Of a stretch of DNA of 64,000 bases, positions 1 to 12,680 are shown piece by piece. Position 1 is the stretch's first letter. Each line of letters begins with the position of its first letter. The position numbers and the translations under genes were made by a program. Source of the DNA: Raja brachyura (lineage: Eukaryota); contig OY740781.1 in assembly GCA_963514005.1 (NCBI GenBank), forward strand, positions 182,280,001 to 182,344,000, read 5' to 3'. Under the pieces are notes generated by a model that saw only the letters and a list, made by a program, of their open reading frames with translations, ran no database searches and was not told the DNA's origin.

Positions 1-51
1 TGTCTCTGGCACTGAGGCAGCAGCTCTACCTGCTGCATCAATGTGCCACCC
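1..51 (-). mobile_element. tRNA-derived SINE (HE1/V-SINE-like), 5' head fragment cut by window edge
   Basis: Reverse complement reads GGGTGGCACATTGATGCAGCAGGTAGAGCTGCTGCCTCAG, matching the head of the SINE copy at 10166. Confidence 0.7.
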
Positions 52-65
52 TAGTTAATCTCTAT

Positions 66-180
66 AGGGCCTGTCCCACTTGGCAATTTTTTTCAGCGAC
101 CGCGAGTGTCAGTGACTGACGCCCGTAAAACTGTCACGTTGTATGGCATACATGCGTATGCTGTCCTTCGGGAGAGGCCC
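66..180. mobile_element. PIF/Harbinger-type MITE, degenerate copy
   Basis: Left end AGGGCCTGTCCCACTTGGC matches the terminal inverted repeat (TIR) of the MITE at 24755. A decayed right TIR GGGAGAGGCCC lies at 170-180. Confidence 0.6.
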
Positions 181-220
181 GGTTAGGGTTAGCGTTAGGG
201 CTAGGGATAGCGTTGGGGTT
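181..220 (+). repeat. Degenerate telomere-like (TTAGGG)n tract
   Basis: GGTTAGGGTTAGCGTTAGGGCTAGGGATAGCGTTGGGGTT: about six TTAGGG variants in register. Confidence 0.7.
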
Positions 221-429
221 ACGGACCACAGATGGGCTGTAAAATATTCTTCCTTCAATGCATGGATTTTAAACATTAATATATCGTATAATTATATACA
301 ATAAAATCAATTGTGCAAATGACAAGATGTCTGTCATTCAGTTTTATTTACAGAAGTATTGGTCCGCTTCCAGATCCAATCACCGTCTCTAACTTTTCAT
401 AGGGATGGATTCAGTGAGTGTAGACTGAA

Positions 430-592
430 CTCACCCCTCCTCACCACCTCTTTCCCCCTCCCGCCCCCATCCTTCCTTCTCCACTCCCCCCTCCCCCCTC
501 CCCTCTCCCCCCCTTCTTCCCTCCCCCACCTCTTCCTCCCTTCTCCCCGCTCCATTCGTCTCCCCCTTCTCCACCCCCCCCTCCCCTCACAC
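430..592. repeat. C/T-rich low-complexity polypyrimidine tract
   Basis: Almost exclusively C and T. Explains the spurious Pro-rich and Gly/Arg-rich ORFs at 359-634 and 397-606. Confidence 0.85.
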
Positions 593-3500
593 TCAAAAAA
601 TATCAAATTTAAAAAGACAAATGTTCAAGATTGACAAGGATTATTGGTATCTATAATTCTAACATATTTTTCTTTGAATATTTCAAAGAAACTTGCAGCA
701 GAGATTGTGCAGTATGTGGTGTGTGTCTTACTTTTCAATATTAGCATCACCACTTTTATAAGAGAATGACTTATTTATTCTTTCTGTCAAATAATATCTT
801 ATCTTGAACCATTCTCTGCAAACTTGGCATCGCCATTAGGATCTATAATGAACTCAGTTATCACTTGCTCTTTGAATACAATCAATCCTGTTTTCACTTT
901 GGGCACATATTTGTTGCTCTTTGTGAACTGTGAACATGGTGCAGTGTGAATCTCAATCCTTCATGGTTAATCTGTGGTTTTTAGCTCTGCGGACCATTCT
1001 ATCCTGCACCAACTCACCTCAATAGTTTCCCTTCACTTTTAATGCCGTGTCACTCAATGTTACTTTATTATCACATTTACTGAGGTATCGTCAAATTCCT
1101 TTCTTTTCATACAGATCAGTAAGAAGTATTACTATACATGAGCACAATCTCAGGTACAAGTGCACAGGAATAGTACACTGAGACAGTATACAAGAGTCCC
1201 CATGTTTTGGTGCTATTTTCCAAGATACATGTCTGAAAACTTAAACAAACGTAGAGTTCTCGACTTGGCCACAAAGTCTGCTGTCTTGGCAGCATTGCAG
1301 GGTCAGCCTGAGCAGGTGAAGTTATTGGTACACTGCTCTGTACCTCGGCAGGCTGTGTACGATCCCGTGCCCAGTGCCCGATCTAATCGAGCCCCTGGCT
1401 ACTGCAGGGTCTCCAGCGGACCATTCCACCGATTTCTCGATTTGGCACAACAACCCGTGAACTGTCGTCACTCGCCTCACTCGGCCACCACTCAGTCCTC
1501 GTGCCCCCGGGGAACTTCCCACAGCCAATTTTGTAGGTAAGACCCTACTCCATTTACAGGCACCTTTGTTTCCATGTTTCCTCCATGGCTGCCATCTTGA
1601 ATCTGAACATTTGTGGTCGACCAGCTCAGGAGACCCAGTACCACCTGTTGCTCTCTCTTCATCCTCCTCTCCAGCCCAAGATATGGGCAGGGCTTGGCTG
1701 CTTGCCTTTTGCGAGTGAGTTTCCCGGCTCCATATCGGCAGCTCCATAGCGGCTCCAACCATGGCTGCATGGCGGTGGGCCCGGCCAGCTGCCGGGAGAA
1801 GGCACAGCACCAAGGTCCGCAGTACAGCACCATGGTCTCCTTTACGTTCTGGCTGAGTCCACAATAGTTTTTATCTCACTACTTGATTTATTTTCCTTAT
1901 ACTTTTACTTGATGATAAATTCCATTGGCAGATGCTGACTTTTACATGTATAATGAGGACAGCATCCTTATCTCTCTTCCACCTTGACTTTCCAAATAGC
2001 ATCGTCTTGCCAAATCTTTACCCAGCAGGAGATGCAATTTAATTAAAAATGTCCTTCAACTCAGCAGCTGTAGAAGGTGAGTCTATTCTGTTTAACTCTG
2101 TGAACGCTTGCCACCTTAGCTCTTAATTTTGTCTTGCTGCTTCATAAAACTGCATCTCATGGTGTACAATCTTAAAGTAGTTCAGCCATGAGTTAAGGGT
2201 TTAATTGCCACATTCAGAATGCCAGGAATATGTTTCAAACTGGCTTGTGGCACATGCTCATTGCTCTTGAAATGGTTATCTGCCACTTGGCAATGCCATA
2301 AACCTTTATTCTGGTGTCCGTTTTGGAGTCTTCTTCAGGAATTTCAGATCACCCACAGCTTCACTATCACGTACTATCGCATGGTAACATTTTCATATTT
2401 GCCTATGTGCTCATCAGCATTCAAAACCTTCACATCCGCTTTTGCTGTGTATTTAAAATGCATATCAACCTCTCAGGTTTTCATGTCTTCACTAACTCTG
2501 CTTCCTGCGAATGCTTAACATACTTAATTTCCGATCACTTTGCATTGTCCCTTCCCTCTGTCCACTTTGGCTGCACCGTCTTCAGGAAACTCATTCACTT
2601 GAGAAATTAATTTCTGTTCAGTCGTGCCAAGCACACGATATAGCAGCATCAACACATTGTACATTACCTCTAAAATTGTTCTATCAATGAAATGAATGCG
2701 AGATAAAGCGGAATATATTTTCAACCAAAGTTTAATTTCTACGCAGAGGTTCGGCATCATGAAACAATGTTTGACGCTCCTGCTGTGTAAAGTAAACAAA
2801 ATGTATAAGGGATGGAAATGTGTAAATAAAGCTTTGCATATATCAGGCAGCTCAGATATTTTGGTAGACTGAAATCAAAACTGTGTCAGGAATCATGACC
2901 CTAAATCGAGGGTAGGTGATTTCTACATACTATATACTTCCCCTTAATATGTGCTCAAGGGTAATTTTTTAGGAATTTTAACATAGGTTAGTGTTGTTTG
3001 TTTCAATGTCATTCATTGAAACTATTTTCAATGTGTTGATTTACAGGTTTTAGAAATAAAAAGTGAACAAAATGGGCTTTAACAGTCCTTAACACAGAAT
3101 TGCACTATATTGATGTTAAAATTTATATTGTGTTAACATTTCGAAGTAGATTATTTCTCATTATTTTTTCATAATTTATGCATTGTCAAATTTGTACGAG
3201 ATTTGTGTGCTTTGATGAAGGCGCTTGGCTTGGCAACACAATCAGTACCATACCTTGATCAATGAAACATTTGATTGATTTGTGAGGGCTGCCTTGGCTC
3301 ACACTGGCTAGAATCAACAAACTGACATGAAGATAGTAACCTGTCAGTCGTGACAAGGTGTCTTAAACTGAAGCTGGTGTGTGGAAATTGTGTGCCATTT
3401 TACTGGACCTATTCACAGCACAGCTAACATCCAGCACGGTGGAATTCAGGAAAGAAAGTGAACCAGTTGATATAGTCTGTTTTTATGCAGACGATTGCAG

Positions 3501-5229
3501 CTGGTATTTAGGAAAAACTAACACAATTACCAGTCCCCTATGTTGAACAATTTATTTAAAAAACTGCAAAATATGCATGGTTTCAAAGAATGTTTTATTT
3601 TCTAAGTCAGAAAGAAGGGTCTTCTGATGAATGGTCCTCATTCTGAAACTTTAATTCCGTTGCTCTTTCCATAGATTCAAACTAATTTGCTGAGTTTATC
3701 AAGTATTTTCTGTTTTTACTCAACTGTTTATTTTATTCCTGGACTTTATATCAAGGGATTCAAATGAGTTGGCTGCAGGGTAACATATGATGCAAATTTG
3801 CAGCTGTACCATTAATGGTCCTTTACTGTGGTAATGAGAACCCTCCTAAAACTCTGTTTTTTGGAGCAAGTCTTTGTACGTTATTATGATTCATGATAGA
3901 TGCAGTCAGCCTCATGAGGCCTGTGGCTTCACTCATTTTTGAGTAATTACTTATTTCTGAAAAAAGATCTTGTCGATTATGTGCAACTGTAAACTTTCCT
4001 GTATTACTTCTATTGAAGGTTTTAAGTATTTACACTCCAGGGTAAGAATAATGTGGCAATACGTGCTAGGCACTGCAACTAATTAGAACTCCAGCACTTT
4101 GTGGCTAAACAGATCAGAACAGTTTAATTTGGATTTTGTAATCAGATGAAGAATATTCCTTTATTTTGAGCCCAATTTTCTCTTCTCAAGGTCCTTCTCG
4201 ATCTTCAAGCCTTTTACATCTTCACCTCTCAGCTTCCAACGCCATTATAGTTTGCTATTGAAAAATATATTCTGTATCATTGCTTTTACTGTTTCGTGAG
4301 AAAACAAAATTGCACTGTTTCATTAATTTGGTCATGGTAGTATGGCTGGGACTGGGAATTTGCTGCACTGGAATTAATGAATGTACACATGACACATTAG
4401 AACTACAGTGAAGTGTTCCTGCTGTTCCCACCTGCTCATGCTATTTACCAAAGCCACAAATTCTCCCATCATTTTCAGGCTCAACTAATTAAATATGGCC
4501 TTCATAATAGAAACTGAAGTAACAATGGAATAATTGAAGTTTTAACTTTTGTTCCTTTTTACCAAAGTAGCATTCTGATTGATTAGCCAACAGCTCAATC
4601 ATGCTTTTAAGAGTAAATTCAAAAAGCATTAACTAATCTTTAAATACAAAGATTGATTTTCCCTTTTGTCTTTGTTAAAATGACCAGGGCCAGACCATGG
4701 GTTGAGATGTTATTATTTTTACAGTGATTATAAATGCTGAGAATGCACAGAACACTTTATTAGCTTTGTTAAGATATGGCACTGGGTGGGACACTGACGT
4801 AATTTTTTGCCTGTTTGAGACACCATTTTATTACACTGGTTTGGTGTTCTTTTAGGACTTTGCACCATTGCTGGTCAAATTCCCATTCAACATATAAAAG
4901 TCCTCTTCATAAATGTATGTCATTTCCCATTACAAATATTTCTGGTTACATTACATTCAGAAAGAAAATGGAAGTCAATGTCATTCTGTTTCCTTCTGAT
5001 AGACGAAGAAGAAAGACATATCGAGGTGGCAAAGGCATCTGCAAAGATCAAGTTTACAATTCTGTGACGTAGAACAGACCAGCAAATTTCTCTTTGATTT
5101 GCCCATTGAACAGAAGAAAATAGCACAACAATACGGTGCAGCATAGATTTTCTCCATAATTAAGTATGCACATTGTTGCCATTGCTAACACGTTTGTGGG
5201 AGGAAAGAGAAAGTGTAAAATTTATAGAA

Positions 5230-5318
5230 TTCAAAATGCTGGAGTAACTCAGTGGCACAGGCAGCATCTCTGGAGAGAAGGAATGGGTGACATTTTGGTT
5301 TGAGACCCTTCTTCAGAC
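5230..5318 (-). mobile_element. Penelope-derived short element with decayed hammerhead motif
   Basis: CAAAATGCTGGAGTAACTCAG...GAGACCCTTCTTCAGAC, same family as 7572 and 40408. Confidence 0.75.
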
Positions 5319-5334
5319 AATGAAATTATACATT

Positions 5335-5525
5335 CACTGGATGTTTTCAAGAGGGAGTTGGATTTATCTCTTTGGACTAACGGAATCAAGGGATAGGGGG
5401 GAAAAGCAGGAATGGGGTACTGATTTTAGATGATCAGCCATTATCATATTGAATGGCGGTGATGGCTCGAAGGGCCGAATGGCCTAGTCCTGCACCTATT
5501 TTTTAAAATGTTTCTATGTTTCTAT
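5335..5525 (+). mobile_element. CR1 LINE 3' fragment
   Basis: Matches the 3' end of the CR1 at 55221-56998 (GATGATCAGCCAT..CTCGAAGGGCCGAATGGCCT) with a (TTTCTATG)n tail. Confidence 0.85.
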
Positions 5526-7571
5526 CTGCAGAAACTGTATCATTAATATAACAAGCAATTGGCAAAACTGGCCATGCATGAAGGTATCGGAGCCTGAATT
5601 CACTGGCGTTTGTCCTTGGTTAATTACCATTAATCAAATTATTTTAAAGTGTGAAATCAACTATCTCCCAGTTACGTCACTTAATGTGATGTAATATTTC
5701 AGCTAAATAATACTTTAAACTTTAATTTTATGTTCACTGGGATTAAATTGGGATTCACCCAGAAACAGAAGACTAAGAAGATGCAGTTAAATCCTTAAAT
5801 CCTGTTCTAAGAATGGTAGGGAATCGGACATTTGCAGCTGCAACTTGATTGACAGAACAGTGTCCTTAAAACAGTAGTCCTGCTGTTTTGAAGTTGTTTT
5901 CTCTGCTGCTGCCAGTGTATAGCAAGCAGCCTCTGCTGTGTGTCCCACAAACCTAAAGTGGGATGGTAAAAGCTGTCTCGCCATTGAGTCGCTCTATTGA
6001 ATGATTTGAAAGGGAAGTGAAAAGCAGCTGCGAAAGTGTTCAGCAAACCTGGCATGGTGGTCTGCTAGTAGACTCGACAGGACACTAAATAAAGAATAGA
6101 GAAAATCATCAATATTTGTCATGCCCGAGTATTGACAGTGCCCTGACAATTGAGGTTTTTTTTACAAATTGGTAATTTTTGGTACTGTGGGATGGCAAAG
6201 CAATTTTCCATGTTATTTCACAAAAACATAAGATTTGTTAGTTATGACCAGGGACAAGACCTACAATAAAAGGAGCCAGAGTTCACGTCCTATAAATGTG
6301 TTTACTCACAAAGGTCTCAGCCCCACGACTCAAGGGGTCGTCATTCAAAATGGAAGCAGCTGTGGAATTGGTGTGAGATTACGTGTCAGACATTGTTTGT
6401 AAAAAGCAATAAATTAATGAAGTGGCAGAGCTGGGAACTTCCTGCTCATGGCACAACTGGTAACTCCTTAGCATATTTCTAGGATTATAGCTTTCGACCA
6501 TAGGAGCAACAGGAATGCTTTTGAAGTTGGTTAATCTCTGCATTTGATAAATCGTATTATTTTAAAGTGGATTGTTAGGCAGGCACTGAAAACCATGCAA
6601 CTTCAAAGATATTGAAATGGCTGACAATGCGTTTTGTAATCACAGGTCATGGAAAGGAAAATGTAATTTAATCAGAACAAAACATTAGGAAAACGGTCTT
6701 GTCAGGAATTACCCTGCAGATCATTTTGGTTACAGACTAAGATATCAGAATGTCAGCAGTCAGGCTTTCTTTCCGCCAGAGACATCCAAAGGAGAATTTC
6801 AACCAATTGCACAGGAGTGGCGATCCCATGGAGGATTTCAAATCAAAATGAAGATTTTGAAGAACCTTTGAAATCCTTTTGTGAAATCAAGTTTTTTAAA
6901 TGTTGCACTTGATTTTGTACTTCATGCTTTAGCTAAGGACACACAGATTTCCATCACAGCCAACAATTTCAGCTATTCTTACATGATCAGACACTCAAAG
7001 CTGTTACTGGAATATGATGCTGCCTGCCTTGTTTTCCCCTTCTGGACAACACAAAGCTTAAACCACTTTCCATTTTGTCACCTGCTTTCATGGTTATCAC
7101 TGCTCATGCTCTACTAACCAGCTGACATAATCTATTCTAACTGCAGCCAAACAATAGAGGAATTTATCAGAATGTTCAGTTTTTGTTTAGTGATGTTAAG
7201 AAGTTAAAATATTGGATTTTTAAGATCCTTGTTGCTGGATTAAATTGCAGTATGTGATGCAGATCAAAACAAGTAACCAGCAGCTGCAGTTTGTCATTCT
7301 GACCAAACTGAGCATTTGAAACATTAATTCTAGGAACAATATCCTTTTCATGGCCCTGCAAGTTTCATCTCAAACTTATACCAAACAAATAAAATCAATT
7401 CAGACTCCGCCATCGTGACCCGCAGCAGAATGGAATTTTGTCTGTTTTTGTTTGTTTTTCATCTCAGTTTAAATTTTGCTTCATTTTGGATTACTTTTGC
7501 TATCCCAACACAACAAACTGCAGAGCTTAAAAATCATGATTCACTTAAACATTGTTTTGATTATAGTATGG

Positions 7572-7704
7572 GTAGGGAAGAACTGCTGATGCTGGTTCGA
7601 AGGTAGACACAAAATACCTGGAGTAACTCAGTGGGTCATGCAGCATCTCTGGAGAGAAGGAATGGGTGACGTTTTGGGTCGAGACCCTTCTTCAGACTGT
7701 AGTA
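7572..7704 (-). mobile_element. Penelope-derived ~130 bp mini-insert with hammerhead motif and 14-bp TSD
   Basis: TGATTATAGTATGG is duplicated at 7558-7571 and 7705-7718. Minus strand reads CTGAAGA-A-GGGTCTCGACCC-AAAACGTC. Confidence 0.85.
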
Positions 7705-8163
7705 TGATTATAGTATGGTTAACTCATTATGGAACAGCCTATTGCCTCATACAAACAATATTTCAAGCAACTGATAGTGCTGACAGTTTCATGGTGTGGG
7801 GAAGTAGGGCATTATTTAAAAGATGTTTTAAAAATCTACCAATATATTTGGATAAGGTTAGAATTCAATGCATTTCCAAATTTGATAGTAATTTCAATTA
7901 TAAATCTTATTAGGACAATGCAGTATTAATATTCTACAACCGTACAAAATATCCTCAGCATGATTTTACCATGTTGCACTGTTCACAATATGATGCCATG
8001 CCTTATGATTGGGTGTTGCCATGCAATGTAACTGGGTGGTCAGTAAACACACGCTTAGTACCACAGTAACAAAGTTAACTGCCATGTTTTAGTTTCTGTT
8101 TTTCTAAAATCATACTTTTCTGTCTCAAGCTGAGGTCTGGTGCATGTGCAAGGAAAATCACAC

Positions 8164-8484
8164 TTTAGTTGAGTTTAGTTTGGAGATACAGCGCGGAAAC
8201 AGGCCCTTTGGTTCACCGAGTCCACGCCGAACAGCGATCCCCGAACATGAATACTATCCTACATCACTAGGGACAATTTACAATTATACCAAGGCAATTA
8301 ACCTACAAAACTATATGTCTTTGGCGTGTGGGAGGAAACCGAAGATTTCGGAGAAAACCCACGCGGTCACGGGGAGAACGTACAAATTCATGCAGACGGC
8401 ACCCGTAGTCGGGATCAAACCCAGGTCTACGTGGCTACAAGCGCTGTTAGGCAGCAACTCTACCATTGCGCCACCGTGTTGCCC
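8164..8484 (-). mobile_element. tRNA-derived SINE (HE1/V-SINE-like), full length
   Basis: Pol III A-box-like TGGCGCAATGG and B-box-like GGTTTGATCC on the minus strand, conserved body, CR1-like 3' end with (CTAAA)n tail. Confidence 0.85.
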
Positions 8485-8674
8485 AACTTGTTGCAAGTTA
8501 TGTATTACATGGTTTTAAAACATTTAGCAATAGGGAAAATGCATTGGGTTTAACAAACATTCACATCATAATCTTAAATTGCTTTGTCTTCCCAGTGACA
8601 CTTCTGCACTCTTTCTGCCTGTTACAATCCCAGTTCCCGATCAACTGCGGTTGCAGGCAAATCAACTTTCTTTG

Positions 8675-9018
8675 ATGATTTGGGTTATTTATGACCAATG
8701 TTACGGGAACAAAACAACAAAGTAAAGTCATGTAGGCACAAAAGTTAAAGCAAAAGACATAAATTATTAATTCAAAGGGTAGCTCCAAGAATTTTGATAG
8801 TCTAGTCCAATAATGTAAACAGGTAGAAGATCAGGAGCTGTCAATGAACACTGCCTTAAAAATAATAATTCAGAATGAACATCTGATATGGAATTAAATC
8901 CCCATTCCACAAACATCAGCTATTTAATGATTAATAATGAAAAAGAAATGTAAACTGAAATATGCTATAAAAATCAGCAGATCAGGTAGCATGCGTGGAG
9001 AAAGGATTCAATCGAACT
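8675..9018 (+). repeat. Copy 1 of a 344-bp near-identical direct duplication
   Basis: Identical by eye to 9529-9872 (offset 854) except one mismatch at 9013/9867. Confidence 0.95.
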
Positions 9019-9445
9019 GTGAAAATAATTTGAGATAGAACAAGTTTTAAAATGCGAAAGCATGGGGAAAAAAAACAAAGAATACATTTATAATACAATG
9101 GAAAGGAGAGATTTGGTTACCAGTGAAGGACAAAAATGAATGATAATGTGACGTGAAGAAATCAGAGTGTAATGGGAATAGCAGAAGCATTAGGTGAAAC
9201 TGTTGAATTTATTGATGAGTCAAGAAGACCATGATGCTTATTCAAAAGATGAGTTTCAGTTCCTTGATTTTATATTGATGTGCATTGGATAGTGTGGGAA
9301 ACTAAGGACAATGGGGTTGGGGGTGGAGAATTAAAGTGACAGGTGACTGACCAGAGATAAAGGGTTATGCTTGCTTTCTGAACAGAAGTACTTCACAAAT
9401 GTGCTTATTCTTCCTAATGTAGAGAAGACCTCATCGTGAGCAACG
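8955..9445 (-). mobile_element. Old Penelope-like element remnant (GIY-YIG region and terminal repeat)
   Basis: Minus strand near 9413-9445 translates RCSR*GLLYI, resembling the CxxC-GLLYIG motif of Penelope GIY-YIG endonucleases. Decayed terminal-repeat sequence near 8960-9005. Confidence 0.55.
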
Positions 9446-9528
9446 GCTGTTAAGGAGCCCATTTTCTCTGTTTCTGTTATTACAAAATGGCTCAAGTTTC
9501 TGACTATGTTTCAAAGCTCTGCCACGAC

Positions 9529-9872
9529 ATGATTTGGGTTATTTATGACCAATGTTACGGGAACAAAACAACAAAGTAAAGTCATGTAGGCACAAAAGTT
9601 AAAGCAAAAGACATAAATTATTAATTCAAAGGGTAGCTCCAAGAATTTTGATAGTCTAGTCCAATAATGTAAACAGGTAGAAGATCAGGAGCTGTCAATG
9701 AACACTGCCTTAAAAATAATAATTCAGAATGAACATCTGATATGGAATTAAATCCCCATTCCACAAACATCAGCTATTTAATGATTAATAATGAAAAAGA
9801 AATGTAAACTGAAATATGCTATAAAAATCAGCAGATCAGGTAGCATGCGTGGAGAAAGGATTCAATAGAACT
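9529..9872 (+). repeat. Copy 2 of the 344-bp direct duplication
   Basis: See 8675-9018. Confidence 0.95.
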
Positions 9873-10165
9873 TTGGTTTGGTTATATAGATCCTATAGAA
9901 TGCTTGGTTTTCACAATAGGAAATACAAACAATGTACCAACTTTAAGAAGACAAACCAAGGTAAAAGGGAGTAGCAGATTAGGTTTGAGTATTTACACCT
10001 CAAATGTGCTGGTATTGAGGTGCCTGATGAGGACAGTGTAAGAGTTGAGAGTTCCAGATACAGGTAGGCAGAAGGCACTTGAGGTGGTGAGTGGGTGGTT
10101 AGAAAGCATGGCAGATAGTGCACCATACATAATCATAGTTCGTCATACGGAAGATAAGCATGGAG

Positions 10166-10482
10166 GGGCAGCACGGTGGTGCAGCGGTAGAGTTGCTGCC
10201 TTACAGCGCTTGCAGCTCCGGAGATGCGGGTTCGATCTCGTCTACGGGTACTGTCTGTACGGAGTTTGTACGTTCTCCCCATGATCGCTTGGGTTTTCTC
10301 TGAGATCTTCGTTTTCCTCCCACACTCCAAGACGTAGTGGTAAGCAGGTAAATTGGCTTGCTAAATGTAAAAATAGTGTGTGTAGGATAGAGTTAATATG
10401 CGGGGCGCGCGTCCGGTGCGGACCCGGTCGGCCGAAGCGCCTGTTTCCACGCTGTATCTCTAAAACTAAAAACTAAACTAAA
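10166..10482 (+). mobile_element. tRNA-derived SINE (HE1/V-SINE-like), full length, CpG-rich so probably young
   Basis: A box TGGTGCAGCGG, B box GGTTCGATCT, body GGAGTTTGTACGTTCTCCCC, CR1-like end GCCTGTTTCCACGCTGTATCT plus (CTAAA)n. Confidence 0.9.
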
Positions 10483-11708
10483 TTTCAGTGCTTCTGGGTG
10501 CTTATGAGAAATGGACTCAAAGTTCTCAATGCGATCTTGGATGTTTCTCTCCCATTTTAAGAGGTCATTGATCAAAGGTTTGGCTAAGTCCGTGAAATTG
10601 TTACAGTTTGAGAATATTTATTACCGCCCTGGCCTGGTGGTATTCTCTTACCGCACAAGTTTGTAGTAGGGTGACTCTTTGAGAGACTGGTGTCAGGACT
10701 GCGGATGATGCGTTTCACACTTTAGAACCTGGCTGAGCATATTGAGAGGTTCAGCTTTGGGGATGTTGGCATTGAGAGGCTGCTGGCATTGATTTTGCAC
10801 ATTGGTGAATTATGTTTTTTATAACCAATACAAAAATGATTCAGTAACATTGACAAACTTACCACACCATAAAGGGCTATGTTCGTAAAATTGTTACTTA
10901 GAAGTCCAAAATGTGATTCTAAATTTGGTGCAGAAATGATTTTTAAAAAAGTATGTAATTTTTATTATTTAACAATTATTTCCAGGGATTGCACTTTCAT
11001 CTGCAAGTGAGTGTGTTGCTGCTTGGGACTTGAATATCAGTTGAAGTTCTTTTTAACCATCATAGTAAATGGAGGGCGTGTGGTTGAATATATATATTCA
11101 ACCATATTGTCTACCACGTATTTGCCACGGTTAATTGGCAGAACTTTGTTTTTTGAGAATAATGCTGTGTTTTTCCGATATGGTTTACGGTGAGTGCAAC
11201 TGAAGTTTTTTAGATTATTTCCTTTTTTTTACCTGCACCATGGTTTAAGGAATAAAATGTATTGTATATAGCAACAGATGAATTTATTTTATCACATTTA
11301 AGAGAGGGAATTAAGTGTTGAAACATAATTGGTTCTTCTTCTCTGCAAAAACTCTTTGCTGAAATTCATCAATTAAGGATCACAACCAATTGAATTTAGT
11401 AACTACTGCAGCCATACAGGGGCAGCAGTGTACTTGCTGTATACCTACTTAATTTATTTTGTTTTATGTATGTATACATTTGAGATTTCTTGCTATGTTT
11501 AGGAATAGATTGATCTTTTTGGTGTAATAACAGATTATGTATTAGACCAGATGTTTTACAAAGCATTGACTATGTCTCTTTACACTCAGATCCATTTATT
11601 GAGGGAGTGTTTAAAAAGCAACTGACAAAAGTAGTGACATGAGCTGTGACTCTGTTTCTGTATTTCAGCATTTTCTGTTTTTATAACGGATTAATCGTCA
11701 TGTTGCAA

Positions 11709-11950
11709 TGGTGGCACAGTGGTTCAGTTAGTAATGCTGCTGCCTTACAGCTTCAGTGACCAGAGGTCATCTTGATCTCTGCTGCTGCCTGTGAGGAGTT
11801 TGCACATTCGCCACGTGACTGTAAGTTTATTCAGTGTGTTCTGGTTTCATGTCTCAGCGTTGTGTGGGTTGGTGGGTAAATTATCACTTGTAAATTATCC
11901 CTAACGTATAGGTGAGTGGTCGAATCTTGAGAGGATTAATGGAAATATAG
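11709..11950 (+). mobile_element. Degenerate tRNA-derived SINE
   Basis: TGGTGGCACAGTGG..GCTGCCTTACAGC..GGAGTTTGCACATTC, similar to the 10166 copy. Confidence 0.7.
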
Positions 11951-12055
11951 GGAAAATAAGTAACACACTGATTACAGATTACAAGAAGTGAACTGGACTT
12001 CCAAGGACTGTCTATAGATAATAGGGGAAATCAGATTTAATTTGTGGTATGAGAT

Positions 12056-12680
12056 ATAAACTGGACGAACAGCACCTCATATTCCGCTTGGATAGCTTAA
12101 AACGTAACAGTATAAACATTGAACATTGAATGCTCCAATTTTAAGTTACTACAAACATTCCCCTTCCCTTCTTCCCCACCAATCCCCATTTATTTTGCCC
12201 CCCCCACCCCCTGCACCCCACTTGGACTCACATTTATTTCTCCCCTCCCTTTCTCTTCCACCTGCATCATTTTCTCCTGCTTCACAATTCACAACTCTTC
12301 AATCCTTTTGTCTCACACCTTCTGTCATTTCATCTCTGGCCTTTATGCTTTACCTTTTTGTCATTTGCTATCAAAAGCCCTGTGTCAACCTATTACCTAA
12401 GATACACAAAGTGCTGGAATAACTCAACGGGCCAGGCAGCATCTCTGGAGAGAAGGAATGGGTGGCGTTTTGGGTCGACCTATTACCTGCCAGGCATTGT
12501 CCTGCCCCTCCTCTCCTCCAACTTCCCCCCACCCTCCTCCCCTCGCAACCAGTCTGAAGAAGGGTCCCAACCCAAAACGTCACCCATCTATAATCTCCGG
12601 ACATGCTGCCCGGCCCACTGAGTTACTCCAGCATGTCTATTTTTGTAAACCTGCACCTGCAGTTCCTTATTTCTCGAAAC
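12056..12680 (+). mobile_element. Penelope-like element 3' fragment (endonuclease C-terminus plus terminal repeat) with a nested antisense mini-copy
   Basis: Translates KLDEQHLIFRLDSL at about 12058-12100. Hammerhead-like core at 12554. Nested antisense piece 12399-12477 is flanked by TSD ACCTATTACCT (12388-12398, 12478-12488). Confidence 0.8.

Noticed and set aside
359-634. Pro-rich and Gly/Arg-rich ORFs
   Set aside because: Translation artefacts of a C/T low-complexity tract.
1160-1867. Overlapping ORFs of 84-180 aa in a GC-elevated patch
   Set aside because: No recognisable domain. Preceded by a LINE-tail-like segment (about 1050-1180), so probably a decayed repeat that I cannot classify.
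8340-8484. tRNA-like A and B boxes, also at 10166 and other SINE heads
   Set aside because: They are SINE heads followed by SINE body and CR1-like tail. No complete cloverleaf.
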